A stretch of 64,000 nucleotides of DNA, taken from the IMG/VR virus record IMGVR_UViG_3300032315_001715, positions 388,800 through 452,799 of that record; one strand, given 5' to 3'. The position numbers and the translations under genes are program-made. Positions 1 through 9,366 of the stretch are shown piece by piece. Position 1 is the first letter of the stretch. Each line of letters opens with the position of its first letter. The notes beneath the pieces were generated by a model. The model ran no database searches, was not told the origin of the DNA, and saw only the letters and a program-made list of their open reading frames with translations.

Positions 1-1556
1 GTTGGTTCAAACGCCCAAACCCGTGCGTTGGTAAAAACACGGGCTAGGTTCTTGCTTTCATATCCGTGTGCAGCACCAACGTCGATTATGTTTTTTACCT
101 CGTTGAAATCAATGATATTTTCTAGGTGAGAAAGCCGTTCTGCCATCATATCCATGCTGAGACCGGTTGGGTTTCGCAGCAGTGCCGGGCCTCGATCGGG
201 TGGTGAATGGCCCTGTGATATTTCCGGAATCCTAACCACCAGCATGATGTCGTCGTATCTGTTCTTGATGCCGCGTAGATCGACGATTTCGGCATATGGC
301 TTGAGATGGAACGGTACCGCTGCTAGCAGCTGATCGGCCCAGTCTCGCCGGGCGATGTCCTCGATGACAAACAATCCACCGGGTCGCACCCTGGTTAGGA
401 AATGCTGCACGGCAAAAAGCTGGCTTTCCAGGGTGTGCGGACCGTCGTCGATGATGATGTCAGCTTGTGGAAAATGTGCCAGGCTTTCGAACATGTATGC
501 ATTGCCGAGGCTGAGCTGTATCCGTCCCTGGTATTTGGCGCAGTTACGCTCACAGTCACCCCTAAGCTGTAGATCAACCCCGATGATGTGGGCCTGTGGC
601 AAGGCCTCGGCCCACATCATGAGGCTACCGCCCTGATCAATGCCAATCTCGACAAGGGTCACCGGCTTGTCCCGGTAACGCCGGATCTCTCGTTCATAGA
701 AATGATCACAATAGGAGTGCAGGCTGTTCTTGTCGGTAACGAGCAAATGCCGTTCGATGATGTCGGCCAATCGGGTTTCAGAGGTCTCGCTTGCTAGAGC
801 AGGAATGAATCTATTGGCGGTGTTTTCCATGTGGTTCCAGAACTTGCTTTGGTCGATGCGATGGTAGGGGTCATAACACCAATCCCGATGCGAGCTTGTT
901 GGATTTCCGTACGGGGTTGGAAGATCGTGATCCTTTCCCCATTTTGCAGCAACGTAGCGCTCGTTCCTGGCCTGTGTTTCGCCATTGGCAGCACGGTAAG
1001 TGTCTGAACTGCGTATGGCCCAGCTACCATTATTAGCCTCACCGATGTCGCTGTTCAACGGCAATAGCTTAACGTTGCTCCTGCGCATGCGTATGATGTA
1101 ATCCAAATCCTCGCTGTAGATCGGCCAGATGTTCTCATCAAACAATCCAACCGTTGCGACCACCGCCGGTCCCATGGCAAAGCAGCTAAACGCACCGTTG
1201 GGTGCCGTGATGACCGAATCTTGGTTGGCTTGCCAGGATGCGTGTATCTTCATGAGATCTCCAGGAAGAAACAGGGTATCGTTGTTGGATATCAACCAAT
1301 ACTGGCATTCAGGAAAGCTCTTGATGATGGAGTTCCATGCCGGTGCCACACCTGTGTTGCGAAACGGTCGCTCGACATATACCGAGTTGATCCATTGGTT
1401 CTTAACGGTGGTAATCTGTTCAACCGCTGCGACCACATCTGGATCGCCGCTGTTTTGAACTATGCATAGCTTGTCAACTGGATGGTCAATCGAGCTGACC
1501 AATCTCAGCAAGAGGTCAGCTCGATTGAGCACCAGCACACCGAGGCATGGTATCAT
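1..1556 (-). CDS. Multidomain glycosyltransferase (GT2-like) + class I SAM methyltransferase + FkbM-type methyltransferase; 3' end runs off window
   Basis: Absent from ORF track; hand translation is open from ATG 1556 to the edge: MIPCLGVLVLNRADLL..WLISNND..FDENIWPIYSEDLDY; TDKNSLHSY..VEIGIDQGGS..IIIDDGPH..GGLFVIED; IIDVGAAHGY..VWAFEP. Confidence 0.8.
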   Translation of the reverse strand, partial: MIPCLGVLVLNRADLLLRLVSSIDHPVDKLCIVQNSGDPDVVAAVEQITTVKNQWINSVYVERPFRNTGVAPAWNSIIKSFPECQYWLISNNDTLFLPGDLMKIHASWQANQDSVITAPNGAFSCFAMGPAVVATVGLFDENIWPIYSEDLDYIIRMRRSNVKLLPLNSDIGEANNGSWAIRSSDTYRAANGETQARNERYVAAKWGKDHDLPTPYGNPTSSHRDWCYDPYHRIDQSKFWNHMENTANRFIPALASETSETRLADIIERHLLVTDKNSLHSYCDHFYEREIRRYRDKPVTLVEIGIDQGGSLMMWAEALPQAHIIGVDLQLRGDCERNCAKYQGRIQLSLGNAYMFESLAHFPQADIIIDDGPHTLESQLFAVQHFLTRVRPGGLFVIEDIARRDWADQLLAAVPFHLKPYAEIVDLRGIKNRYDDIMLVVRIPEISQGHSPPDRGPALLRNPTGLSMDMMAERLSHLENIIDFNEVKNIIDVGAAHGYESKNLARVFTNARVWAFEP

Positions 1557-2092
1557 GATTGCGTCCTTTCTAACACAGTGAGGCCGTTGTCGTGGTAAAA
1601 TCTGTTTCGTATGGACCAGTTGGGATGCTTGGCAACAAACTCCTCAACCGCGGGCCAAAGGCCGGATCCACCATCCTCGCCGCGCTGTCTAAATGTTTCG
1701 GTATCATGCAGAACGATGTATCGCCTGACCCGATGATGATGCAGCATCATCTCAGCGGATAGCTGCGCATAGGTATGCAGACTATCAATGAAGAGCAGAT
1801 CGGTTTCTTCCATGTCGTGTGCATCAAGACTGTTGGCTATGATGTATCGCACATCCCTGCCTTCGGATTCGGCGGCATAAAACAGTGATCGAGCTTGGTA
1901 TGTTGGTTCGATATCGTAGCCTCGAAAAACCGCACCGCTGTCTATGAATGCCGACGTGGATGAACCCCAGCGCACTCCGAACTCGGTGATGTGTGAGCAG
2001 GTTGCTGCCAGCTCTCGGAGAAACCCCAAATGGCCGCGTATGTCAGGCGACGTTTCAAGATGATGCAGATATATCTCTCTTACGGTTGCCAT
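1553..2092 (-). CDS. Class I SAM-dependent methyltransferase (Methyltransf_24-like)
   Basis: ITEFGVRWGSST motif I, LLFIDSLHTY, IVLHDT. Confidence 0.8.
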   Translation of the reverse strand: MATVREIYLHHLETSPDIRGHLGFLRELAATCSHITEFGVRWGSSTSAFIDSGAVFRGYDIEPTYQARSLFYAAESEGRDVRYIIANSLDAHDMEETDLLFIDSLHTYAQLSAEMMLHHHRVRRYIVLHDTETFRQRGEDGGSGLWPAVEEFVAKHPNWSIRNRFYHDNGLTVLERTQS

Positions 2093-3093
2093 CAGAATAG
2101 CCTTTCGGTCCAGGTTCGTGGTATGAGATGATTCCGTATCTCAACATCAAAATGGTATTCAAAAGGTTTTGGCCCGCGAGAGCGTATGTTGTCGATCAAC
2201 AGCTTTAGCCCGTCATCGAGGAACACTCGTGTTTCGTAGCCTAGAAGCCTGCGTGCTTTGTCAGCTGAGCAGGTTGCTAGCTTGACCTCAGCCGGTCTTC
2301 CAGGCATGTAAATGGGATCAAGATTCATGCCGGTGATGTTGGCCAAGCGTTGTGCAAGGTCATTGATGGTGACGAATTCCTCATCGGGTCCGATGTTAAT
2401 GGTCTCGCCAACGACGTTGTCCTGCAGGGCCATGGCCTCGAGGCTGCCGATGCAATCGGTGATGTAGGAAAAGCAACGCTTTTGTTCTCCATCACCATAG
2501 ATGATGGGCTGCCGACCCTGCAACATGAGATTGGCCATGATGCTGACCACGTTGCGATATGGATCATCATATTTCTGCCTGGGACCGTATATGGAATGGG
2601 GAACGGCGATGACGTATTCAACTCCATGTGTATTACACAGGACCTTGAGAACCCGTTCGGCAGCCTCCTTGGCTATACCATAGGGATCCTGCGGAACGGG
2701 ACCGTAGCTTTCCAAAAACGGGGTCTGATTGGTACCATATCTTGCCATGCTTGAGCAGTAAACTATCCTCTTGGCACCTGCTTGTATCGCGGCGGTAAAA
2801 GTGTTGACTGACCCGGTGAAGATGTTCTCACAGATAAACGCAGGGGCAAACATGCTCACACCTTCATATGCGCATGCAGCAGCGTGTATGACCACGTCGC
2901 TACCTTCCATGATATCCTTGTAACCATCAATAACGGTAACATCATGCTTGTAAAATTTAACACGTGGATCGACATTATCCAGGGTACCTCCAAATAGATT
3001 ATCGCATCCTGCTACATTAAACCCTCGAGCCAGGAATCTATCAGCAAGATGGCTCCCGAGAAATCCGGCTACGCCGGTTATAAAAATTTGCAT
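2092..3093 (-). CDS. NAD-dependent epimerase/dehydratase (extended SDR, nucleotide-sugar)
   Basis: ITGVAGFLGSH Rossmann motif, YGIAK (YxxxK), HSIYGP. Confidence 0.9.
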   Translation of the reverse strand: MQIFITGVAGFLGSHLADRFLARGFNVAGCDNLFGGTLDNVDPRVKFYKHDVTVIDGYKDIMEGSDVVIHAAACAYEGVSMFAPAFICENIFTGSVNTFTAAIQAGAKRIVYCSSMARYGTNQTPFLESYGPVPQDPYGIAKEAAERVLKVLCNTHGVEYVIAVPHSIYGPRQKYDDPYRNVVSIMANLMLQGRQPIIYGDGEQKRCFSYITDCIGSLEAMALQDNVVGETINIGPDEEFVTINDLAQRLANITGMNLDPIYMPGRPAEVKLATCSADKARRLLGYETRVFLDDGLKLLIDNIRSRGPKPFEYHFDVEIRNHLIPRTWTERLF

Positions 3094-3096
3094 AAT

Positions 3097-3858
3097 TTAC
3101 ACCTTACCGTTTAATTTGCATCGATCAAAATGATGCCGTTTCATGACAGGTCCTTTACCGGTTTTTAGGCAATAGGGACATTGGTATATTTTACCATTAA
3201 CATGCCTTCCCGACTCAATCAAATTTTTGGTAAATTCTTTACCAAAATGATGAATACCTTTTGCTGTTCTTTGACAAGACGGGTTTCTTTCTCCTAGGAA
3301 GTTATGGGTACCTGCATCAATTCTACGCCTGTTGGATTCGGGCCCTAGGAAGTTATGGGTACCTGCATCAATTCTACGCCTGTTGGATTCAGGCCCTAGG
3401 AGATTATGGGTGCCTGCATCAATTCTGCGCCTGTTGGATTCAGGACCGAGAAAGTTATGGGTTCCGTCTTCTATACGTTTCATATTTGCAGATGGCCCAT
3501 TCCAGTGATGGTTACCGATTTTTGATTTTTTTCTTGATGGATTCTGTTCACCAAGAAAATTATGGGTTCCGTCAGCAACCCGTTTGTTTGCAGCAGATCT
3601 TGCAAGCTCTTTGATCTCGTCACCAGTTATATCCAGATACTGAGAAAGATATAGTGCCGCTGCCCAATCTCCTTGATTTAGATGAATTTGATAATGCTCT
3701 TCGGGACTAACGGCTAATAGGTTCGACGGATCATTTTTTGAATGATTACCGTCTATGTGATGTATATGATATGATCTACCTTTTTCATCAATTGGTCTTG
3801 GGCCAAAATTGTTTTCGTAGATCCGTATATGATCGTTATTAGATTTTTTGTCAGACAT
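3097..3858 (-). CDS. HNH homing endonuclease with 17-aa internal repeats and C-terminal zinc finger
   Basis: YHIHHIDGNHSKNDPSNL..HYQIH HNH motif; GTHN(F/L)LG repeats; CPYC..HHFDRC. Confidence 0.8.
   Translation of the reverse strand: MSDKKSNNDHIRIYENNFGPRPIDEKGRSYHIHHIDGNHSKNDPSNLLAVSPEEHYQIHLNQGDWAAALYLSQYLDITGDEIKELARSAANKRVADGTHNFLGEQNPSRKKSKIGNHHWNGPSANMKRIEDGTHNFLGPESNRRRIDAGTHNLLGPESNRRRIDAGTHNFLGPESNRRRIDAGTHNFLGERNPSCQRTAKGIHHFGKEFTKNLIESGRHVNGKIYQCPYCLKTGKGPVMKRHHFDRCKLNGKV
3294..3465. repeat. 51-bp coding tandem repeat (about 3.4 copies) in HNH gene
   Basis: Units start at 3294, 3345, 3396, 3447 (ctaggaagttatgggtacctgcatcaattc...). Confidence 0.9.
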
Positions 3859-4020
3859 GCTAGTAATCCTTTCATATCTAATATGTATTATCGCAATGCA
3901 GCAGCCGCATTATGCATCCTGACATGTGAGAGTATCCAAGATTATATACAATCATCACCGATGCTGCAATATGCCACGACGAAATGGAAGGATCAGGAAA
4001 CGATGCTGGCTAACAGGAAA

Positions 4021-4392
4021 TCAGCGATTTTCAAGCTCGCGGATTCTATCCCGATTCTTGGCAATGGTGTCTTGCAATCCTTGCCGATAATCCTGCAACC
4101 CATCAGGAACTGCAACGCTTCGGTGCAGGAGATCAGCTATCTCCTGCTCGACCTCGCGCAAGCTCCTGAGATCATTGCGAAGGCTGCGCTGACGATATTC
4201 AATCTCAAGATCAAAGACGTGATTCTTCAGTTCCTGATACTCGGAAATGAACACCGGTCTCGGAAGTCCCAGCCCATCATATACCGTGCGGAATCCCCAG
4301 ATGGTGCTAACGGCGCCGAGGATTGACGCTACCGTTAGAATTGTGGCTTTGATCTTGTTGGCCTTGGTCCGGGCTACCATTGTTGTCAGCAT
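4021..4392 (-). CDS. Hypothetical membrane-anchored coiled-coil protein
   Basis: N-terminal hydrophobic helix then heptad-like segment; TAAATA 4 nt upstream of ATG. Confidence 0.6.
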   Translation of the reverse strand: MLTTMVARTKANKIKATILTVASILGAVSTIWGFRTVYDGLGLPRPVFISEYQELKNHVFDLEIEYRQRSLRNDLRSLREVEQEIADLLHRSVAVPDGLQDYRQGLQDTIAKNRDRIRELENR

Positions 4393-4432
4393 GCATTATT
4401 TACATGTTGATCATCAGCAATATCTAGTGGGT

Positions 4433-5164
4433 TTAATAACCTTTGGTGATTTGAGTGTGTAGATCGAATGCTGTAACCGGATCAAATGGTATCTGGCATT
4501 CTATGCTAGCAGCAACGACAGCACCGACAGCGGCTAGCATTGGACCTTTGGTCGGTAATATCAATGCCATCTTGGTACCAGTTGGCATGATCACCGTTCG
4601 ACGATGATTTCTTTTGGCTGCGATCGTTGCATTAACGACATCGGGCCACCATGGGACGCAGTCGTCGATGACGATCAATGTTTCCGGATCGTCGATGAAC
4701 ATGTCTATGTCTTGTGTGGGTATGCCGTTGGTATGGTCACCATCAACCAATACCATGTTAACTGGATTGATTTTTTTGAATTCTCGACTGTTAGCAACCA
4801 ACACTTCAAAATCATCGTGATGTTCAATGGTCTTTAAAAATCCAGGCAACCAAGATTTGTGCGTGTCGGCCATCGATATGAGAGAATCGATCATCGATGG
4901 CTCGCCTTCGATATTACCAACGTTTAGATACTCTTTCGTATAAGGTGTTACATAGGAAAATGTGTCAACGACCGTGATCAATGTATCGGTCGTTCTATTA
5001 TGCAACAACGGGTAGGTCGATCTACCACACCATGCTCCGATTTCCACTATGTGGCCTCCGGAAGGAACTTGGCTTGATAGCATGGCCAACCAATATAGTT
5101 CCTTGGGATACATCCATCCGGGTGTGGACTTGTTGATTTTGTATGCGGACTTGTCCAAGATCAT
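4433..5164 (-). CDS. Class I SAM methyltransferase (Methyltransf_24-like), paralogue of 9435..10151
   Basis: GWM..EL..L, IVEIGAWCGRST, VLVDGDH, IVIDD. Confidence 0.8.
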   Translation of the reverse strand: MILDKSAYKINKSTPGWMYPKELYWLAMLSSQVPSGGHIVEIGAWCGRSTYPLLHNRTTDTLITVVDTFSYVTPYTKEYLNVGNIEGEPSMIDSLISMADTHKSWLPGFLKTIEHHDDFEVLVANSREFKKINPVNMVLVDGDHTNGIPTQDIDMFIDDPETLIVIDDCVPWWPDVVNATIAAKRNHRRTVIMPTGTKMALILPTKGPMLAAVGAVVAASIECQIPFDPVTAFDLHTQITKGY

Positions 5165-5183
5165 TAATGATATTTATTGCATG

Positions 5184-5217
5184 TTATAATCGTGCCGACG
5201 TGTCGGCACGATTATAA
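5184..5217. repeat. Perfect 16-bp inverted repeat directly after the CCA of tRNA-Ser(CGA)
   Basis: ttataatcgtgccgac-gt-gtcggcacgattataa; TATAAT on both strands. Confidence 0.85.
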
Positions 5218-5303
5218 TGGCGGATCCTAATCGCATCGAACGATTGACCTTGCGGTCACCACTGCTTTCGAAACAGTTTAGGGAGCCAACCCTGGTAGGA
5301 TCC
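5218..5303 (-). tRNA. tRNA-Ser(CGA), 8/4-type
   Basis: Acceptor GGATCCTA/TAGGATCC, T-stem ATCG/CGAT, loop TTCGAAA, long V-arm, GCCA. Confidence 0.85.
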
Positions 5304-5309
5304 AAACAA

Positions 5310-5403
5310 TGGCGGAGAGCTGTGGTCTTGATCCACATACCAAATATTATTCGGTACCAACTGTTTTCCAAACAGTGCCATCCACCTGGATGGTTAACTC
5401 TCC
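5310..5403 (-). tRNA. tRNA-Ser(GGA), 6-bp D-stem, T-loop ATCAAGA
   Basis: ACTGT TTGGAAA ACAGT; D-arm CCATCC-AGGT-GGATGG; long V-arm; GCCA. Confidence 0.8.
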
Positions 5404-5526
5404 AATTTTTACCCCAGCCGGTCGTTACACCGGCAGCTATGCTTGATGGACCAAATCCTCCCGGAGCGCCAGGAAACGATCTTGTCAGCTTTGATCCAGG
5501 CTTCACTTGGCGAACCATGGGGAACT

Positions 5527-5612
5527 TGGAGGAGGGTGATGGCATCGAACCATTGACCTTTCGGTCACCACAGTTTTCAAGACTGCGCAAGGAGCCAACC
5601 TTGGCACCCTCC
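5527..5612 (-). tRNA. tRNA-Ser(TGA), 8/4-type, U73
   Basis: Acceptor GGAGGGTG/CACCCTCC, T-stem ATGG/CCAT, GCAGT CTTGAAA ACTGT. Confidence 0.85.
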
Positions 5613-5699
5613 ATGCGGCTATTTAAGCATATTTTATCGTGATTGTCAAGGAGTGTTCATAGAGACTTCGTTTCGGGGGTATCATCTAGACCGGTATGA

Positions 5700-7190
5700 T
5701 CATATGCTATCAAGAAGTTGATTGTATTGCGTAACAAAAACCGCATGTCTATTTTTAATTTCCTCGGCGACGAACACATACTGTCCTGGTCTCTGTTGCG
5801 TTTTGTCAAAATCGGTTAATTTATAGCCTAGGCTCATTAGTGCTAATATATCCCAGCTTTTCAACCATGCGTTGTGTTTGTTCAACATTGGAGTTAGGAT
5901 ATTGATGTTGAATTCACTAGCTTCTTGTTGTGTCCAATAATCAGTTTCCCACATATCAATGTTGTCGTTAGGGAACCGAAATCCATACTTGGCATGGTTA
6001 CGTTCAAATTCGCTATGATTGCCTATCTTTCTATTGATGTTAAGGGTTTGCATGACCGCACTATACAGATCATTTTGTGCAAACCAGTACACGGTATCCA
6101 CGAGACTTTCTTTTGTATCTCCAGGGAGACCAACAATGAAACTGAGATGCTGGAGCACCTTCTTGCCCCAGATATCATGATAAAGCGTTGGGATCCACTC
6201 CCTGGCATGTTTTCCTGACCAGCCTTTTCCGACTATTTGGCTGGCTTCCACGCCGAGGCTTTCTATACCATGGTATGCAGTAGCTAGCCCGGTCTCTTTT
6301 AAAAGGTACGGAACATCCTGGAATCGATGTAGAAGATCAGCCCTTAGGTATGCGGTGTATTGTATCTTGAACGGCAATCGACTGACCATGCTGTGCCAGG
6401 CTTTCATCTTGGTTTCGGTATCATTAAATGTGTCGCAGATTACAAAATAGTTGGTGATACCCCACTTGGCGTGATTATGGCACATTTCGGCCTCCACGCA
6501 CTCGAAACTTCTCAGATAATCCAGTTTGCCTCTGCCCAACAGCAAATGATTGCAGAATTTGCAGCTGAATATGCAACCTCTGCTAATTTCGATCGGGAGG
6601 GTCTCTCCTGGAATGATGCAATCCTGATCAGTAAACAGATGATTGTCGGATTGTATGTTGTGCTTGATCGATAACGGTCTGAGATATGTTTTTCTTTTGT
6701 ATGTTGGATCATATCCTGTGGGCCGCATTTCGAACGGAGGCTCAGGAGTACCTTTCTTTAGATGGTTGATCACATCTACAAATATGTCTTCTCCGTACTG
6801 ATTCACGCTGGCATCAGCTACGGCTGATCTAGCAACAGCATCGCTCTGATATCCGCCTAAAATGATCATTATCGTTGGATGCTCTGCCTTGATCCTATTT
6901 AGAACCCTGTAAAGATGATAAGGTATCCTAGCTCGAGTTCCGTCGGGCCAGTACCACCACCGTTGGCAAAGAAATGTGGTGCTGATTGCCAGCACCACGG
7001 TGTCGTTGTTTATAAACTTGCAGGTTATCTGGTATAGTCGGTCCTCGTCCATGCTTGTAATAAAATCTATCACCTGGACCTGATAACCAGCGGTTCGGCA
7101 TGAATGTGCGATCTTATAAGGACCTAGATATCGATAAGGCACATAGTGATCGTCAACGGTCTGACCGCTGGTCCAGATGATAACATCCAT
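5700..7190 (-). CDS. B12-binding-domain radical SAM protein
   Basis: EISRGCIFSCKFC (CxxxCxxC), N-terminal cobalamin-binding-like region, FIVGLPGDT. Confidence 0.85.
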   Translation of the reverse strand: MDVIIWTSGQTVDDHYVPYRYLGPYKIAHSCRTAGYQVQVIDFITSMDEDRLYQITCKFINNDTVVLAISTTFLCQRWWYWPDGTRARIPYHLYRVLNRIKAEHPTIMIILGGYQSDAVARSAVADASVNQYGEDIFVDVINHLKKGTPEPPFEMRPTGYDPTYKRKTYLRPLSIKHNIQSDNHLFTDQDCIIPGETLPIEISRGCIFSCKFCNHLLLGRGKLDYLRSFECVEAEMCHNHAKWGITNYFVICDTFNDTETKMKAWHSMVSRLPFKIQYTAYLRADLLHRFQDVPYLLKETGLATAYHGIESLGVEASQIVGKGWSGKHAREWIPTLYHDIWGKKVLQHLSFIVGLPGDTKESLVDTVYWFAQNDLYSAVMQTLNINRKIGNHSEFERNHAKYGFRFPNDNIDMWETDYWTQQEASEFNINILTPMLNKHNAWLKSWDILALMSLGYKLTDFDKTQQRPGQYVFVAEEIKNRHAVFVTQYNQLLDSI

Positions 7191-7307
7191 TTAAAATCGC
7201 TTCCGATGAAAACTCATATGTGTTGTTGATAACGCGGTTGCTACAGATATTTTGTAAGAAATTTCTATCTCACCGAGGTACAAACTCGTGTTCTTGTAAT
7301 CCAGCAT
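7191..7307 (-). CDS. 38-aa small ORF abutting radical SAM start (MLDYKNTSLYLGEIEISYKISVATALSTTHMSFHRKRF)
   Basis: TAAATA 5 nt before ATG as in other genes; TAA stop immediately followed by the rSAM ATG. Confidence 0.4.
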   Translation of the reverse strand: MLDYKNTSLYLGEIEISYKISVATALSTTHMSFHRKRF

Positions 7308-7501
7308 ATTAATATTTATCTAGAGAAACGACGCTCATCATATGAAGCTAACCCAGGTGTTGTCAGTGCCTGTTAATGTTGTGCCTGGAGAGCCACCCCT
7401 CACGGGATCTCCTTTAGCCCGGCATGGGCTGCTGCGTGGAATATATCCGCAGCGCTCACCGTCCATGCTATGGTGCAGACGGCCCCCCTGGACATTGGTC
7501 C

Positions 7502-7556
7502 AGTGCCTCTGAGCATGCGCTCGGGCATTCCTAGTGGGATAAAATCATTTGATTGC
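7502..7556. repeat. 55-bp element identical to 9370..9424
   Basis: agtgcctctgagcatgcgctcgggcattcctagtgggataaaatcatttgattgc in both places. Confidence 0.95.
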
Positions 7557-7592
7557 GGTGTTAACACTCGTAATCCGTTGTCGGTCTAACCG

Positions 7593-7703
7593 CTATACTT
7601 CTTTCATGCGCTTTCGTAGATTTTCTACATGCCGGTTGTTGCAGGTGATGCGAATCAATACGGTAGCTGGTTCTACTCTAATCTCTGACCTTGCTGTCAC
7701 CAC
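7593..7703 (-). pseudogene. Short ORF or gene remnant homologous to the C-terminal tail of methyltransferase 9435..10151
   Basis: VEPATVLIRITCNNRHVENLRKRMKEV* vs MEPSTTLMRITSNNRHIEHLRKRMKEV*; five synonymous changes; possible GTG start after GGAAAGG. Confidence 0.6.
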
Positions 7704-7777
7704 GCCTTTCCGGGTCGGTTAGGGTGCTAACCCAGTCACACCCTCTATTATGTAAAATTATACGACATTCTGCGTTC

Positions 7778-9262
7778 TCATGCGACCGAATTCAGCAGGG
7801 TTGTGTAGGTTTTCATGTACGAGCTCGCAATGTTATTGGTCATCTTGGAATATTCGGTCCTGCCGATGGATCGCAGATTGTTCTTGTCAAAAAATTCATG
7901 ATTGTGTCCACGTCCCATTAGGTTTGCGACATCCCACGGGCTACATGTTAGATCCTTCCCGAGCTGTTCCAGCCGAGGTTTAAACTCATCGGCAACAAAC
8001 TTGATGGCATCCTTGCGATGCCAATTAGGCAAATGCCAAACGGTCCTGTCATCGTCTGGAAATGTGTATCCATGTTTTTCAAGCTCGAAGCTTAGCCTGC
8101 TAGGAGAAAGCATGTCCTTGGCCAACCACAACGGTGCTATACCGATGTGATACAGATCATTTTCCATGAACCAGTCGGCCCACGTTAGTATGTCTTCCTT
8201 GGTATCTCCAGGCAAGCCTGCTATGAATCCGACCTGTTGTCGGATCTGTCCTTTCCATATATCATGATATAAGTGTGGGATGTAAGTTCGAGCGTGCTTA
8301 CCACTCCAGCCCTTACCGACTGCCATCGATGCTTCAAGCCCCAGGCTTTCGATGCCATGATATGTGGATACCAGCCCGGATTCTTGCAGCATTATCGGAA
8401 CGTCGGGCATGCTTTGTAATAGATCGGCCCTGAGGAATGCTGCATATCGTATCTTGAACGGCAAAGACATTACCATTTCGTGCCAGGCTTGCATTTTTAT
8501 CATGGTGTCATTAAAGGTATCGCATATTATGACGTAGCTTGTTGTTTGCCATTTTTCATGATTATATAGGAGTTCTTGCTTGATCATTTCCATGCTGCGA
8601 AGGTAATCAAGTTTCTTTCTCCCGAGTAATGGATGGTTGCAAAACTTGCAGCTGAATATGCACCCCCGGCTGACCTCCAAGGGCAAGGTTTCTTTTGGTA
8701 ATATAGCATCATGCTCAGTAAATCGAAAATCATCGCATTCTATGTTGTACCTTACCTGATTTGGTTTTTTCCAAGAGATTCTCGACGATACGGTTTCTCT
8801 GATACCGACTGGGGCCGGCGTACCGAGCTTGAGATGCTCAAGGAGGTCTAGGAATATGTCCTCAGCGTATTCCTTGATGCTGCTATCAACGATACCCCAA
8901 TCCGGAAGCCAATTTGAGTTGAATCCTCCGATGATCACGTGTATCAATGGGTAATGAGACTTTATCACACGCATCGCTAAGTAAACATGATATGGAAGTA
9001 GGTGTTTTTGGCCGTCAGGCCATTGGTGCATTCTTTGCGATATGAATGTTGCACTTAGACCGAGTATCTTGGTGCTCGGGGTGATGAATCGATTAATGGA
9101 TGCTATTAGTTGGTTAGGTTCCATTCGAGCAACATGATCGATGATCTGAATGGTATGTCCGTGTTTTCTAACGAAATGGGCCAGCTTGTATGGCCCTATG
9201 TATCGATGTATTATTCCCGGTACATCGCCTTCAGCACCATTCGATAGTATGATTGCATCCAT
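7778..9262 (-). CDS. B12-binding-domain radical SAM protein, paralogue of 5700..7190
   Basis: EVSRGCIFSCKFC; collinear similarity to the 496-aa copy. Confidence 0.85.
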   Translation of the reverse strand: MDAIILSNGAEGDVPGIIHRYIGPYKLAHFVRKHGHTIQIIDHVARMEPNQLIASINRFITPSTKILGLSATFISQRMHQWPDGQKHLLPYHVYLAMRVIKSHYPLIHVIIGGFNSNWLPDWGIVDSSIKEYAEDIFLDLLEHLKLGTPAPVGIRETVSSRISWKKPNQVRYNIECDDFRFTEHDAILPKETLPLEVSRGCIFSCKFCNHPLLGRKKLDYLRSMEMIKQELLYNHEKWQTTSYVIICDTFNDTMIKMQAWHEMVMSLPFKIRYAAFLRADLLQSMPDVPIMLQESGLVSTYHGIESLGLEASMAVGKGWSGKHARTYIPHLYHDIWKGQIRQQVGFIAGLPGDTKEDILTWADWFMENDLYHIGIAPLWLAKDMLSPSRLSFELEKHGYTFPDDDRTVWHLPNWHRKDAIKFVADEFKPRLEQLGKDLTCSPWDVANLMGRGHNHEFFDKNNLRSIGRTEYSKMTNNIASSYMKTYTTLLNSVA

Positions 9263-9276
9263 TATGTACTATTTAA

Positions 9277-9366
9277 TGGCGGAAGGTAACAGAATCGAAC
9301 TGTCAACTGTATTAAAGTTAAGACGGTTTTCAAGACCGCATCGTCACCTCGGTGATCTGATGATCC
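9277..9366 (-). pseudogene. tRNA-Ser(TGA)-like sequence whose 5' acceptor strand does not match
   Basis: GCGGT CTTGAAA ACCGT, V-arm, T-arm and TACCTTCC-GCCA intact; 5' strand GGATCATC cannot pair. Confidence 0.6.

Noticed and set aside
3294-3465. 51-bp repeats as a CRISPR array
   Set aside because: Tandem with no unique spacers, in frame within the HNH gene; no cas genes seen.
3829-4326. 165-aa plus-strand ORF
   Set aside because: Overlaps 4021..4392 on the opposite strand in an all-minus region; no motif.
5174-5642. ORF-track calls over tRNA genes (also 23511.., 24145..25447, 25597..26013)
   Set aside because: They overlap well-formed tRNAs and have no protein motifs.
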